Shown here in pieces: positions 51,213-64,000 of a stretch of DNA of 64,000 nt (positions within the stretch are counted from its first letter, which is position 1; each line of letters opens with the position of its first letter). Origin of the DNA: Pocillopora damicornis (taxonomy: Eukaryota); NCBI RefSeq assembly GCF_003704095.1, contig NW_020846761.1, positions 1 through 64,000 on the forward strand, in the 5' to 3' direction. The notes beneath the pieces were generated by a model. The model did no database searches. It was not told the origin of the DNA and saw nothing but the letters and a program-made list of their open reading frames with translations. The position numbers were made by a program, and so were the translations under genes.

Positions 51213-53036
51213 GCTCTAGTTTAGGTTTCACTATTTCAGGTAAGATCTGTCATCCACGTCGTGAAAAAAAAAATAATAAAGTGTATGCTGTAACGGTACT
51301 TGACACAACCAAAATAAATTGATATATCAAAACATACGAATAAACAGACAAAATGCAAATAGTTCGTCTGTGAAACTTTCAAGTTTGTCAGTTTTTGCAA
51401 CGGAAATATCATGATTACTATAAAACTGACATGCTTCTCTTTACTGATCCTAGAGAAACCATACACCTTACAGCTTTTTCTAATGAAAGACTTCTTCGGA
51501 AAGAAAAAAAGAAACTCACAATCATTTAGGGAATAAAGAGACAAGCCGAGTGAATTGAAAAAGATCTACAGTCGCCTCAATTAATAATCAGTTGAAACTG
51601 TTGACGCCGGTCGCACCAATATAGCGTTATTAGCAGTAGAGTACACCTAAAGTATCTGAGCTAAATATTTTTAACCAATAGACAACTTTTCAAAATGGCA
51701 TAATTTGTTTAGTCAACACAAAGCGCACCAAAGAAATAATCTTTAGGTTTTATTATTAGTAGAAAAGATCGCGAGATATCAGATTTCAACGTTTAGTTTC
51801 CGGAGTTTCGAAGATCGCGGATATGCTCCACGCATTCAGTTAATAAATCGGAGCGAAATAGTAAACAGTGCGATAGGAGCGGAAACGAAGGAGGCTTGGA
51901 TCGAGTCGCGTTCACTTCGTGGCCCGACCCAAACCCGCTCTTCGTGTAGTAAAATTTAATTATCTGACAGGAAGTATCTAAGAAAAGTGCTGCAAGTATA
52001 AAGTGCACTATGAGAAAAAGTTGTATGCTCTTTTTGTTTCAAAAATTAATCATCAATTGTAATGGGGCTAAATCCCGAAAGCCTAAAGAAATTTGTCTTT
52101 TTACTTTCATGAATGATATTTGATTTTCTATTAATCAAGTAAACGTAAATAAAATTTATTTTTCCCAGTAAGTCATTTTGTCTCCTTTCCTCATGTAACT
52201 GGAACGCCAAAATAGCCACAACAATGGTACTAAGCTCTTTCGTCCGCGATCAACATTTTTGCGAGCCTGCGAGCAAGCCCTCATTATTTCGGCTTGAGGA
52301 CGAGCTTTTGTGCGCCTGCGTTGGAGTGTGAGGCCCTAAGCAACGAACGCCGGCGAGGTGCCAGCGTAGGGTCTAGCGTAGATCATTAGTGCCAGACCCC
52401 CACCACACCCTTTCCGACTCGTCTCAAATCTTCCTGCGGATGAAGAAAAGCGAGTCCTGCGGCGCAAATAATATTGAGGGCCTGCTCCACTATTTCCAAA
52501 CGCCGCCCCAAAGCCACTGGAATTATATTACGCCTGCTATTTACATGTCATTCCTCCAACAGAAAAATCTTAAGAACAGAAACTCGACAAAAACGATATC
52601 TAGTATCTTGCGTTTTAAACATCCTGTACAAAACGTATAGTTTATACACCCAGGAATATCAAGAATCAAGTACATCTACGTATAATGTAAAATGCGCTCA
52701 AATAATGAAAAACAACCAAAGTAACACAGGAATTGGTTTAAACTACGCCACAGACATGACAAAGGAAGTGGTAAGAGTAACCACGCGCTCTAATTTAACC
52801 ATAAGAGTCATAAAGGGATTAACAGCGTAAGTTTCAACAGAAATAAGTTACATAGTTAAGAATGTCTCCAATAGTTACCAGTTATGATAACGTGATATCT
52901 AAAGAAATCATTACAACGAAAGAGTAACAACTTACTAAAAGCAAGAAATCGGGATCTGCCGTTAAAACAATCGACCAATTCTATAACCCTGGCTTTCGCC
53001 TTACGAATTTAATAAGAATATCTTTTGAATTCACCA

Positions 53037-56000
53037 TTATGTCCTTGGGTCTGTCAGAAAACACAAGCACATGTGATCTTTTCCCAGCAGTAGGAGAATG
53101 TTGCCATCAGGATGAAACTGTAAGGATGTGATCTGGAAAGTGGCTGAAATGAAGCCAGAAGGAAACACATGAAATCAAGACTATGAAATCGCACTGGGAA
53201 TTGGGTGTGCACACTGATTTAGCAACGATTCTCTTGTGGTATACATACCTTTCTGGAGAAACCTTTCAAAGACCAATACCAGATAAACAAAAGTAATAAT
53301 GTAAACTTCGTTTCCGCATAACGAGTAAGCTGAACACAAACATGCCATAGTTTACGTATGTTAAATTTTACGAGCTACACAAACTTAATTGATCGTACAA
53401 GTGTCCTTCTGACAAAAATTAAAATTCAGTGAAATTTTTTTCCAAGTTTTCCATTTCCAATCTTTTTAAACAGTTTCTTTCTTTAAATGTCCGAATTTCT
53501 TTTTGGTTTATTCTTGTTCTATCCCAGTCAATTGGTAGCAATTTTCAACGTCCAAACACACCATTCAACACGAGGCAATATTCAATTGAGAGCCGAAAGT
53601 AATTCAGGATTGCATTGGTTTTGCTTTTTCGCTCTATGATTGATCCAGAAAACTCGTGCCACGTTCTCAACCAATCAGATGCCACTGAAACCACTCACGA
53701 CTTAGTCGCGCGCGTTTTCCCGCGCTTTAAGTAATTTGGTTGTTTTCACCGTAAGTTCTCATTCGCCGTTGAAAGTCTTTCCGTTCTTCAAGTTGGCAGT
53801 TGTGATAGCTTTTGTTTCGGTTTCACGAAAAGCGCTTAATCATGGTCATAACAAAACTAGGAACCAAATGAGGAACAACAAACCTTCTGTAGGTACGACT
53901 ACCGACACGCAGCCTGCAGGCGACCAAATGTACAGCTTGTTATTTCCGGTACAGACGGCTAGCCGGGGTTGTTTTGGATCCCACTGGAAAGCTAAGACAA
54001 AAGAAGAAAAAATGAAATAATAATGGAATAATAAATCTCTTATTCGATTGCTTGAACATATATACTCGCGGCTATTTTGTAAGCTGCTTGTGTGTTTACT
54101 CTTCCCTACGGAGCTCAGAAAAATACGAAGCAGCTCGCACAATATCCGCGCGTATTACTAGTTAAACTATGAACTAAGGTGTATCAACTGACCTCTCACG
54201 GAACTGGTCTGCAGTAGCAATGCTGTAAGACATAACTTGGACACATCCCATAACCAAAGAGCATTAGGCATGTTGTCTATGTACAATAAAAACGAAAGAA
54301 AGAAAGACATGTTAGTTAGAGCAAATGCGGTTTGAAAGCAATCTTTAATTGGAAAAGTCGTAAACAATCCAGCATTGCTTTGATTTTGCGTTGTGATTTC
54401 TTCAGAAAACTGGCGGCTCGGTCACTAACGTTTTTTCCCGCGCTTCAGGCTGCTTGTTTTTAATTCAAGTTCACATTGGCTCCTGCTGACATTTTCCTGG
54501 CTCTGATTGGCTGTTGTGATTGCTTTGGTCACTTGCGTTTTTCCGCGCTATGAGCAGTTTCTTGTTTTTTTCTATTCGCACGGACAGGTACTGGTAAAAA
54601 TTATACGTTATTTACCAAAGAAGTAAAACCTTAGTGACTGCCACTAACCATTCTTAGTTGCTAAATATCTGTTGTCTTGACTAAAGGCCACATGTCCAAC
54701 ACCAAGTTTGGGGTTTGCCTTTTCTGGGTCAGGTTTAAGCGTCGGAACCTGGACTGGGCCTGGCTGAACCTCATCTGCAAAGAAATAATTAAGAAATAGA
54801 TTCCATGTTTCCGCGCGTCTGTTTAGAGATACAGAGGCTTGACTTGAGCATTCACATAAGGGAAGAGAATTACTCACGCGATAAAATACAATCCACTTTA
54901 ACTAATTAACTGAATAGCAGATTATTAGGGCGAATTATACCTGAATGATCAACTTCGTATTTTTCCCGTCGCAAGAACGCATTCAAGAATCGTTAAGTCC
55001 GGCGAAGTACAAATTTCTTAGCGATCGCAGTGGTGTGAAAGAATACCCGCATATGCGTGAAGCGAACGACGAAGATGAATTAAAATACCCACATTCACGT
55101 GTAAACCATTGCATTTGCGTAACTACACCCACCGGAGACGCATGGGGTTGTTGCAGTACACGAGAGCGGTACTGTAGATCACAGATGGCGTCAAAATGTG
55201 GTAGGAGCGACATCGTGTCTCTAAACACATTGTGACGTCTCGGTGATCCTTTTAACAGCAATCGCACTGTAAAAATATTAAAAACTCACATTTACTCTGC
55301 ACCGTAAACCCGCCAGGCGGCATGATCTCTCCTTTTAGCAAAGGTGGCTTCAGCTCCACTTCTCTGTAAACAATCTAAGAAATTCAGGAAACAAATTAAT
55401 ATAAACTTTTTATAAGATGACCAATCAGAGCTTCAATTTTTTTCAAAGTTACCATCCTACAACCTAAAATCATGAGATGATCAATCCAGGATAAAATTTT
55501 GATCGCCAAGATACGCTCTATATTACATAACGCTGTCAAAACCACTTATTTTTTGAGTGAGCAGTGTAGTTGGCATCCATTGTGGATATTCACTCAACTT
55601 CCCAAGGCTTAACACTCCAGCAACAAAGGAAGTAGAGCCATTTTTCGAAGAAAAAGAGTTTGCGCAATGCATTCCCGGGTGCCCTCCTGCTCCAAGCCTC
55701 AAGGAAACCCTATATAAGGATTGTAAACTCCATTCTTTATAGTTCATGCTCTTTAAGCGAACACTTAATTTGACGTCATGGAAAGATTAAGGCAACTCTA
55801 GAGGAATTGTGCATGTAGTCCTTATCTAGTTCATCGTAACAAGAAGCTTTATTACCACTGACGGAGAATCCACCGTGTGACTATGGTTGTGTTCTGCGAC
55901 AATTTTCCACGTGACGTGGTTCAACACGCGACACTGCAACAGAGCAGCAAAGTTTTTTTAAAAGGCTTTTATAACTGCTGTGTGGAGTAACCGTGTTGTC

Positions 56001-59000
56001 CTTAAAAAAGTGATTCAATTACGTTACATCACAAGTCTTCAATTTTACAGTGATGTACCTTTACAAATACGTAACAGGTTGGAAATCGATAGATTTTCAT
56101 CATATTGCACGCGTGTCACTTATGTAGTGGGTTGCCTACATTCACAGTTCTACTTTTACCAAAGTTGAAGCAGAAAACCAAGGCCCATTTAAGCAATGCA
56201 CAGCGTATTATTGCAAACCTACCTTTCCCATAGGCAATAGTTGAAGTACAAAATTTGGCAACATTTTTCCATGTAACATAAAAACAGCATATAGCTTTAT
56301 AAGAGTATTAAAGCTTTCAACGGGCGATGCTTGCAACTTATTTTATGGTACAGATAAAGGTTGTTTACATGCCGTAACTTTAGCTTAAAGAACGAGTACC
56401 GTAACTGGATTGCTGACGTCAAGGACAGCTGACCAGAAGTAAATTTCATTTTGCACATGTCTGTTTCATGAGTAGTGTTAAGTGAAAGTGTGTTACACAA
56501 CAAGACATTGATGTGTGCCTAGCTTTGTTATGACATAAAATATAATTTAATTTTTCCAAAAATACCTTCTCATCAAAGCTGCCAATTGCTAGAAACTGAC
56601 TGGATGGAGACCAGCATACAGACTTGATTCCCAGAGCAAACTCGTATGCACTGTATTTTGATAGGCAACGGCCATCCATTGAATAAACCAATAGTTCATA
56701 CTAAAAGTAAAGAAAATTGTGTAAAAACATTTCTAATCAAGTTGATCACATCAAGTATATCCAATTATCGAAAAAATCNNNNNNNNNNNNNNNNNNNNNN
56801 NNNNNNNNNNNNNNNNNNNNNNNNNNNNNNNNNNNNNNNNNNNNNNNNNNNNNNNNNNNNNNNNNNNNNNNNNNNNNNNNNNNNNNNNNNNNNNNNNNNN
56901 NNNNNNNNNNNNNNNNNNNNNNNNNNNNNNNNNNNNNNNNNNNNNNNNNNNNNNNNNNNNNNNNNNNNNNNNNNNNNNNNNNNNAATTCATGCAACAACT
57001 GTTAAAGCATATGCATTGCATTTGTCACTGTTTTACCATAAGTGAACTCTTGATTTAAGTTCCTAAGAGTAGAATGAGTATTACTGACAGTACTTACTCT
57101 TAAGAGAGAGTCCCATATGCAAAGAACTCTACCATCAGGCGACCAAGCCAAGTCAGCCAAATCATTTGTTTCCACCTCAAAATGCTGAAATATTGAAGTT
57201 TATTAACATTCAGCATAGATATAAACAATAAAAATGAGGAAAATATTAATGTTCGTCTCCTAAAAACTTAGCTTAGAATTTTCACATCAATGGTATTTAC
57301 TACAGTAAACTGTAGTATTCTTGGTTAAGTTAATATTCAAGCATATAATAATTGTATCCTGATAGCTTCTGAAAACTGTTTCAAAAACTACACACTGACA
57401 TGGTCAATTACAGTTATGCGAATCATCTTTTTAATTAGTAATTTTGCCATTCATGTATATGTACCTTCACTAGCTGCCATGAAGAGCAAGCAAATATACT
57501 TATACAATCTTTGCAGTTTCTTCTTTCAGCTAAAGCCATATATTTACCATCTTTAGAAAAGTCAAGTCCTGAGAATAAAGATACATTTATTCAGAATTAA
57601 GGTATAAGTTTCAGATTAAATTAATTGCATAGTTGGTAAAAACAATCTTTGACTAATTTGACTGGCATTTCCCTTTGTTCCAACCAACATTTTCAAAATT
57701 ATTAAGAGATTGAACTACATATTTCAATCTAAAATCTGTTTAATCAAGAAAATAAAGGTATGCCATCACACTTTCAAAATTAATACACTTGAAAACATTT
57801 TTGAGACATTCTACTGTACATGTGGTACTGCAAAACTTAGAGCAATTACAGTAGGGGACCACACCATTATTTTTATCAATAACATGGCAAGTTGAAATAC
57901 AACTTACACTACATATGATGATAATTTGGTTACTTTCAGTAAAAAGTCATCATTGCGCAGATATACATTAAGAATTACCTGCATGTGCATGCTTTGGATA
58001 CTTGATGTAACTGACAGATTTGCTAACCAGAGACCAGACAGAAATTCTCAGCTAAAAAGAAAAGAATAAAATAAAGTAGCCCACAGCATTAGGCAGTAAA
58101 GCAGCTCCTCTAAGAAGCAAGAGTCAAGCCAGTAATAAGCATGCTGATATCTTGCTATCACAGGTAGAAAAACAAATTTGGCAACCACGTTTGCAGTGAA
58201 AGTCATTATTTTGGTGACCTGTGTTCAATGCTGTGTAGTTTGCTGTATCACTAGTATTCTTGATACTCTTTTTGCTAAGTGTTCATGAATGGTTTAAAGT
58301 CAAAGAGATAAAAATACTGGTACAGAAGATTTTGCAATATTCTATGAATTTCAAATTTTTTTCCATTCTATTCTTTTTCTGCCACACCACTTTAAATTTA
58401 TTATGGTGAATTTGATAAAAAAATTCACCTCAGAGCCCTTGTTATACCTCACTTTTGGGAGGCTACTAACAAGCTAAAAACCTCCACCCAGATCCAAATT
58501 CGTAGTACGGTACTCTGTAAACTGATCTACTCTGATCTTCTTTGTGAAAAAGATCACATAACTAGTTCATGCCTGACAATCATGAAGACATATGTTTCTT
58601 TAAATCATCACTGATCAATGGCAAAAAATTTCCCCTGTTAGAGCCACACACCTGAAAATCTGCGGTGGATAGAATGTGTCTTCCATCAGGACTCCATCTA
58701 ACAGCAGTCAATCCCGCTAATCCCTCATCAATCTTACAAGTCCAGTCTGGTTTCTCTAAAGACCACACCTGATGGTATGTTTAAATTTTAAAACGTACTA
58801 TTTGATGGCAGTTATTGAGAAAAATTTAAAGTAAAGAATGGATGGATATTTCCCCATAGAAACAAAAACATTTCAACTCTTAAATCTGGTCTAACATTCT
58901 TTGACTGGTATGTGCTGTAATAACTTTCTAATTCAGAGCTTCCATAATTCCATATTTTGGCAAGCTCAGAGCTTTAAGTCCTGTATTTGTTACAGATTGC

Positions 59001-59953
59001 CCCAGCATGTTTTTGAGGTGGTTGAGTAAATGTAGCATCTATTTCTACTTTAGAAGTGTTTCCTCTTTTTTCAACAAATTTTTTTATTTTTTATGCTTTA
59101 AATCATTTTCTTTAACATAATTTCACAAAACATATACAAACATTAATCAATCATGAACAAAAGACAACTACACGAGGGTAATGGATCTACTCTTCTCTTA
59201 CATTTATCTCTTCTCAGTCTATCAAATCAGAGACTGTACTTATTCCTAACTAAAACAACATAGAAACATACTTGAACTATTCCTCTCTTTAACATGCCAC
59301 AAAGTATGTACAGGGAATCAGAAGACCACTACAAGGGAAATAAAAATAAAAGTAGTTTGTCAAAAGCTGTCCAATCTTTCAATCCAGGAGTGACCAAGAC
59401 ATACATGTAATTTTTCCATATAATATCATTAATTGAATAAAGAGATATTTCAGTTAGGGATTAATATTTGATCCAACAGCAAATTCTCTGAAATAACATT
59501 GTAGGGAATCTATGGAATATATGATTGCTAGGGTAATGATGCTGCACTTTCAAAATACACCACCAGGATTTGATAGTACGTGTTGATGTATCAACTACAC
59601 CTGCAGTTCTTCTATCATATATAAATGATTCTCAGTACATTAAATTGTAGTCACGAAAGTGACGAATCATGTAATTTACATACTTCGCGCCTCAGCTCTA
59701 ATGAATTCGAACTTTACCTCTACATGTTGTACAACATCTAAACAAGTGTAGAGTTGGAGAATCTGGAGGGTTTTGATATCTCTGACAAGTAATCGATACT
59801 GGACACAACTACCCTGGTAACGAAAAAAAAGTTTGTTAGTACAGCGTGAACAAGATCGAAAGATGTTCTCTCCCTAGAACTTACCAAGTATTTGCCATTT
59901 GGTGAAAATCTACTCAGCTGATTTGTCTGCTTAAACAGTTCTGAAAAGTTCAT
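53037..59953 (-). CDS. WRAP73: WD-repeat protein WRAP73 (WDR8), ~441 aa
   Basis: 14 exons: 59953-59885, 59813-59718, 59328-59272, 58768-58652, 58051-57979, 57568-57465, 57184-57098, 56700-56566, 55933-55856, 55374-55290, 54774-54649, 54276-54193, 53991-53884, 53143-53037. Motifs [82 protein letters not shown]. Confidence 0.96.
56779..56984. other. Assembly gap (206 N) in a WRAP73 intron
   Basis: Run of N. Confidence 1.
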
Positions 59954-60222
59954 CTCGACTTGTATACAAACAGCTTAGTGCATGATTTACATCGAAACGT
60001 CGCGAAATTTCAAACATCGCACTCGCGCAAGAAGTGGTTTAATAATTCGAAGAAACCCGCCATAATAAACTCAGTAACCAGGCTTTATACTCTCTTTACT
60101 GCGCATAAGTTTCATGTAGCCCGCTGAGCATAACTACTGTATGGTCGCTCCTTAAGAAAATACGTGTTTTTATTCTACTGGGTTTAACATTGGCAGCAGC
60201 AAAATAACACTTTTTCAATACG
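59954..60222. promoter_or_regulatory. Compact bidirectional promoter of WRAP73/SPCS1
   Basis: 269 bp between the divergent ATGs; CpG-containing motifs (tcgcga, ctcgcgcaag, tgcgca). Confidence 0.75.
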
Positions 60223-62372
60223 ATGAAGCTAAAAAATTTCTTCAAAAGCATCCCAACACATATGGTTTGTTTATATTTGAATCGCCCTCACACTATGTTT
60301 TCTCTTTAGCGATCTGAAATGTGAATTGTCAGTACATATTTATTCAACGAACCAACAATATTTCTCTGTTGCTACAGGACTATGAAGGACAGAAACTAGC
60401 AGAGCGACTGTTCCATATCATAATCCTGTTCTTTGGTGTAAGTCACATGTCAAATTACATGTATTGTTTGATAATACGGTTGATATATGTTGGATTATGA
60501 TATGTACCATGTGGTATTGCATCGATCCCGAGATGGTTAAATTTCAGGGGAAGTGCAGATTTCACCCCTTTCTCCTCCCCAGAGCCACTCGTTTTAACCT
60601 TCATGTACCTTGATGAGAAGAATGATAAAAACTTCTTTTTTTTTTGGTTGATAGAGCAGGTTTTAATTTAGTCTTGAAAGTAATCAGGGATTGTTTTGTT
60701 TGTGCTTTTAACTTTACTCTTTGATTGGTTTATAAAACTTGTGCCACCTGACCTTCACCAATCACATGCGAAACCAAAACCAATCATTATACTTGTTCCT
60801 GGGCTTTAGGCATTTTGGTCAGTTTTACTTTGAGTTCTTATTGGCTCTTAAACATAAATTCCTTTGTTCTGACTTTCCATTATGATTACTTTGCATTTGG
60901 TTTCACATGGCCTAATCAAAAACTGCCCTAAAAAAGGGAATGTGCACCAAGAATTAAATCACAGAGTACTCAGATCCCTGTCACCTAATGAATCTTAAAA
61001 TTTGATTGTTGTCGTCTGAGTCGAGAGTATACATCAATGTTTTAAGCTGAAATAAAGTTTTTGAATGGAAATGAATCCAACCAAAAGCCAGAAAGATTTC
61101 TTTATAAGTTAGAGCCATTGAACTTGGTAGTAGATTCAGAAAGTTTCAGGTAGAGTGTATATGTAAATTGTATGTCGATGACCAAGAGGGAAAGCTTAAC
61201 CAGACATGGTCTGTTTGTGAGTCCTTGTGAAATGAAAAGTAGACAATTGAATTTTCAGTGTGTCTTGATTGGAATATCTGAATGAAATAAAATGTAGATG
61301 CAGTGATGTAGTACTTTTCTCCCAGTACATTGTAGAGCATCAGTGTTGGAATTTGTATCAGTGAAATTTTCTTAACTGAAGTTCATTGATAATTCCTTTG
61401 ATCTGTGGTTTATTTGGGTGCTACCACCAACTTAGCTAAGTTGGGATCAAGGCAAACTCTGGAGGGTTCTTCACTCTCGTGGATTGGCCTGCCTGTGACA
61501 GTCTTAGGTGCCTTTCAAGCCTCTTATATCATCATTTTGTGAAAAAACTAGTCAATGCTCTTCTTGTACCTTTTTTCTTAAGCCAAATGTAGCATTCCTT
61601 TCTGTTCACTTTACCATTCTGTCTGTATATTTATTAAATTGCACATGTTCTGTTATTCTCTTTTTAACAGGTGGTAGGCTTTGCTTGGGGATATTACATA
61701 CAACAGTTCGGCGCAACTATAATCATTCTAGCAGCTGGATTTATAGTCAGCTGTTTGGTAAGTGCTGAAAAATTTCCTCAAGGTCCTTTAATGCTCAACT
61801 TGAGTGCATGTAAGCAATTAGTTTTTCCTCTTTTAGCTCAGCTGTGTACTCATTAAGATTGACTACATGCAAACAACATTTACAATTTTTAACACCTTTC
61901 ATGATCATCATGTGCAATTAAAACCTTTCAAGAGGATTTACGAGATTCTTCACTGAAATCTTCCCAAATTCCCCGCTGGGGGATCTAAATTTATGTAGTG
62001 TTAGTTAGAAATAAATTACTGTGGCAGAGGAACAAAAAGTGGTTTTAGTAAGTAACAGAGAGGAAAAATTGGGACTTTAAAAAAAAATGGTACATCAATC
62101 TGGGGATGGAAGGGAGCAAAGATGCAGCTGTTGCATACACCAAAAAGCACAGCTCTTGAATTTGCAAGTGTTATCCATCAACCCTGACCCATACAGCAAA
62201 CCCATGCTCCCTTGCAAGATGCCTGCACTACTGACTGTATGTACTGTGTGATATTTTTCAGCTGGTGTTGCCTCCATGGCCTATGTACAGAAGAAATCCA
62301 CTGGACTGGCAGAAGCCACGCCCAGAGAAAGCAGACACGAAAAAAGAAGGAGGAAAAAAGAAGCAAAAGTGA
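60223..62372 (+). CDS. SPCS1: Signal peptidase complex subunit 1 (SPC12), 99 aa
   Basis: Exons 60223-60264, 60378-60437, 61671-61757, 62262-62372; SIPTHMDYEGQKLAE, two TM helices, LPPWPMYRRNPLDW. Confidence 0.96.
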
Positions 62373-62924
62373 ATCCTAGATTACATTCTGGTAGAGCTAG
62401 CTTTGTAATAAATTATTAAAATGTACTACCAAGTGATAAATGTCTGTTTATGTGACTTACTTACTTTATACAATGATATGGATTTTGGTAAGTTGTAAGT
62501 TGATCAAAATTTCGTACATTGTAGCCAAGAATTATAACTGAATATGGTAGGAGAATTTATCTGCCAACCCAAAGTTTCCCACAGTCCTGACTTTAATCTC
62601 ATATACTGTGGTGTGCATCATTTTGGCCATGATAATCATTACTGAACACAACTCATCTTTCTTCTCTGATAAAGCAGTTGAAATGGTATTCAGAAAAAAA
62701 AATTCACCATTCTGTTTGTTGCATTGCAGACAGCATATACATATACTCAAAATACTCTTATGAAGCCTAAATGGGAAGAGATGGGTTATCAGGATCTAAA
62801 TTGAAACATGCTAAAGAATTTGAGGAACTGTTATTGTTCTTTGTAGCATTAAACCTCTCTTCACACCAGCTGTTTTTCAGCTTTATATATTTGTAGTCAA
62901 ACAGTTGCCTGATCAGTTTGTTAA

Positions 62925-62992
62925 ATTATATATATATAAATATATATAATTTACATTTATACAGTAGATATTATATATAATTATATATATAT
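62925..62992. repeat. (TA)n-rich microsatellite
   Basis: Visible TA runs. Confidence 0.8.
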
Positions 62993-63465
62993 GCACAGGA
63001 GCCTCCAAGTCACAAATTTTCAATCTGGCAAAACTTTGATACTGCATGTTACATTGAGTGTTTGAGTATAAGAACTTGAATTTTACACATGTTGTCTGTT
63101 TGTGTTAAACCATTCGCATGTTATGTGTTAAAAATCGGTCGATAGATGTGCTTGGTCGAGAGTGCGCTAATATGATTGTAAAGTTTGCCACTGGTCCTTT
63201 TTTTTTTCAATTTTTTTTTTCTTGAGGAATCTTTCATGAAAGCAATGGAGAACATTTTCGGTATTTACATAGCCTTTTATTGACACTAGGAGGGTTGGGA
63301 GAATACTGACTAAAGCTAATCAAACCTCTGACTTCGTCAAGAGTTCGTGTGACAACACCTGCACGCATGAAAATGAGGAAATTTCGAAAAATAAAATAAA
63401 AAAAAAACATTGGCATCGTTTAAGAAAAAAGAACAGAGATAAAAGCTGATTAGTTCGGCTTCTTG

Positions 63466-63677
63466 TTAACCCTTTAAATCCCACGAGTGACCAAGACAGA
63501 ATTTCTCCTAACAATATCAATACAATATTAAACTGACGAGTGATGAGAATAAAGAAAAATATCAGTCAGGAGATTATAAGTTGATCCAATCCCAAATTCT
63601 CCAAACTAGTATAACAAGAACTGTATGAGAGACAGTAAGGAGAATTACTAATGAGATGTTGGAAGTTAAAGGGTTAA
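63466..63677. mobile_element. piggyBac-like MITE
   Basis: ttaaccctttaa ... ttaaagggttaa. Confidence 0.8.
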
Positions 63678-64000
63678 ATACTCCTCATCTCTTGTTTTTC
63701 GGCAGATGGTTGAGATAATTTTCTGCGAGATTCAATTCATTCTCTGCTCAATCAGTGGGGCAAGCCTATACTGTAAACAAAAGAAACTTTGGTCACGAAC
63801 TACTTGGATCAGATGAAATACTCTCAAACTCTCGCTTAATTTTTTTACTGAAGGGAAATCTATTAGTTTCCCTGGAAAACCTGCCATTTTCAACTCTTTC
63901 TTTTTACACTGTCTCAGCCTCCTCATTTTCCAATTAACCATTCCGTCCCTTTTCAATAATAACTTCTAATTTATCAAACTAAAACTCGATTGGATCACGG

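Overview
AT-rich eukaryotic (metazoan) genomic DNA. Gene content and repeat families suggest a scleractinian coral, which is an inference. I assembled nine protein-coding genes by hand from GT-AG junctions with consistent reading phase. Two head-to-head housekeeping pairs, COPS7(-)/UBE2J2(+) and WRAP73(-)/SPCS1(+), flank a roughly 30 kb block. That block holds a tail-to-tail pair of CYP17-like cytochrome P450s, a tandem pair of intronless GPI-type riboflavin-binding-protein/folate-receptor-family genes, and a ~971-aa secreted protein with many basic cleavage sites, Ser-Gly motifs, a WSC domain and a SEA domain. The most notable observation is that the single COPS7 gene has two phase-compatible alternative last exons, encoding GLRGSGK... 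and GLVSS.... These match my recollection of the distinct C-termini of vertebrate COPS7A and COPS7B. Introns and intergenic DNA contain MITEs, tRNA-derived SINEs, LINE fragments, a probable solo LTR, Penelope-like fragments with minimal hammerhead ribozyme motifs, and a 27-bp minisatellite. There are two assembly gaps (32116-32215 and 56779-56984).
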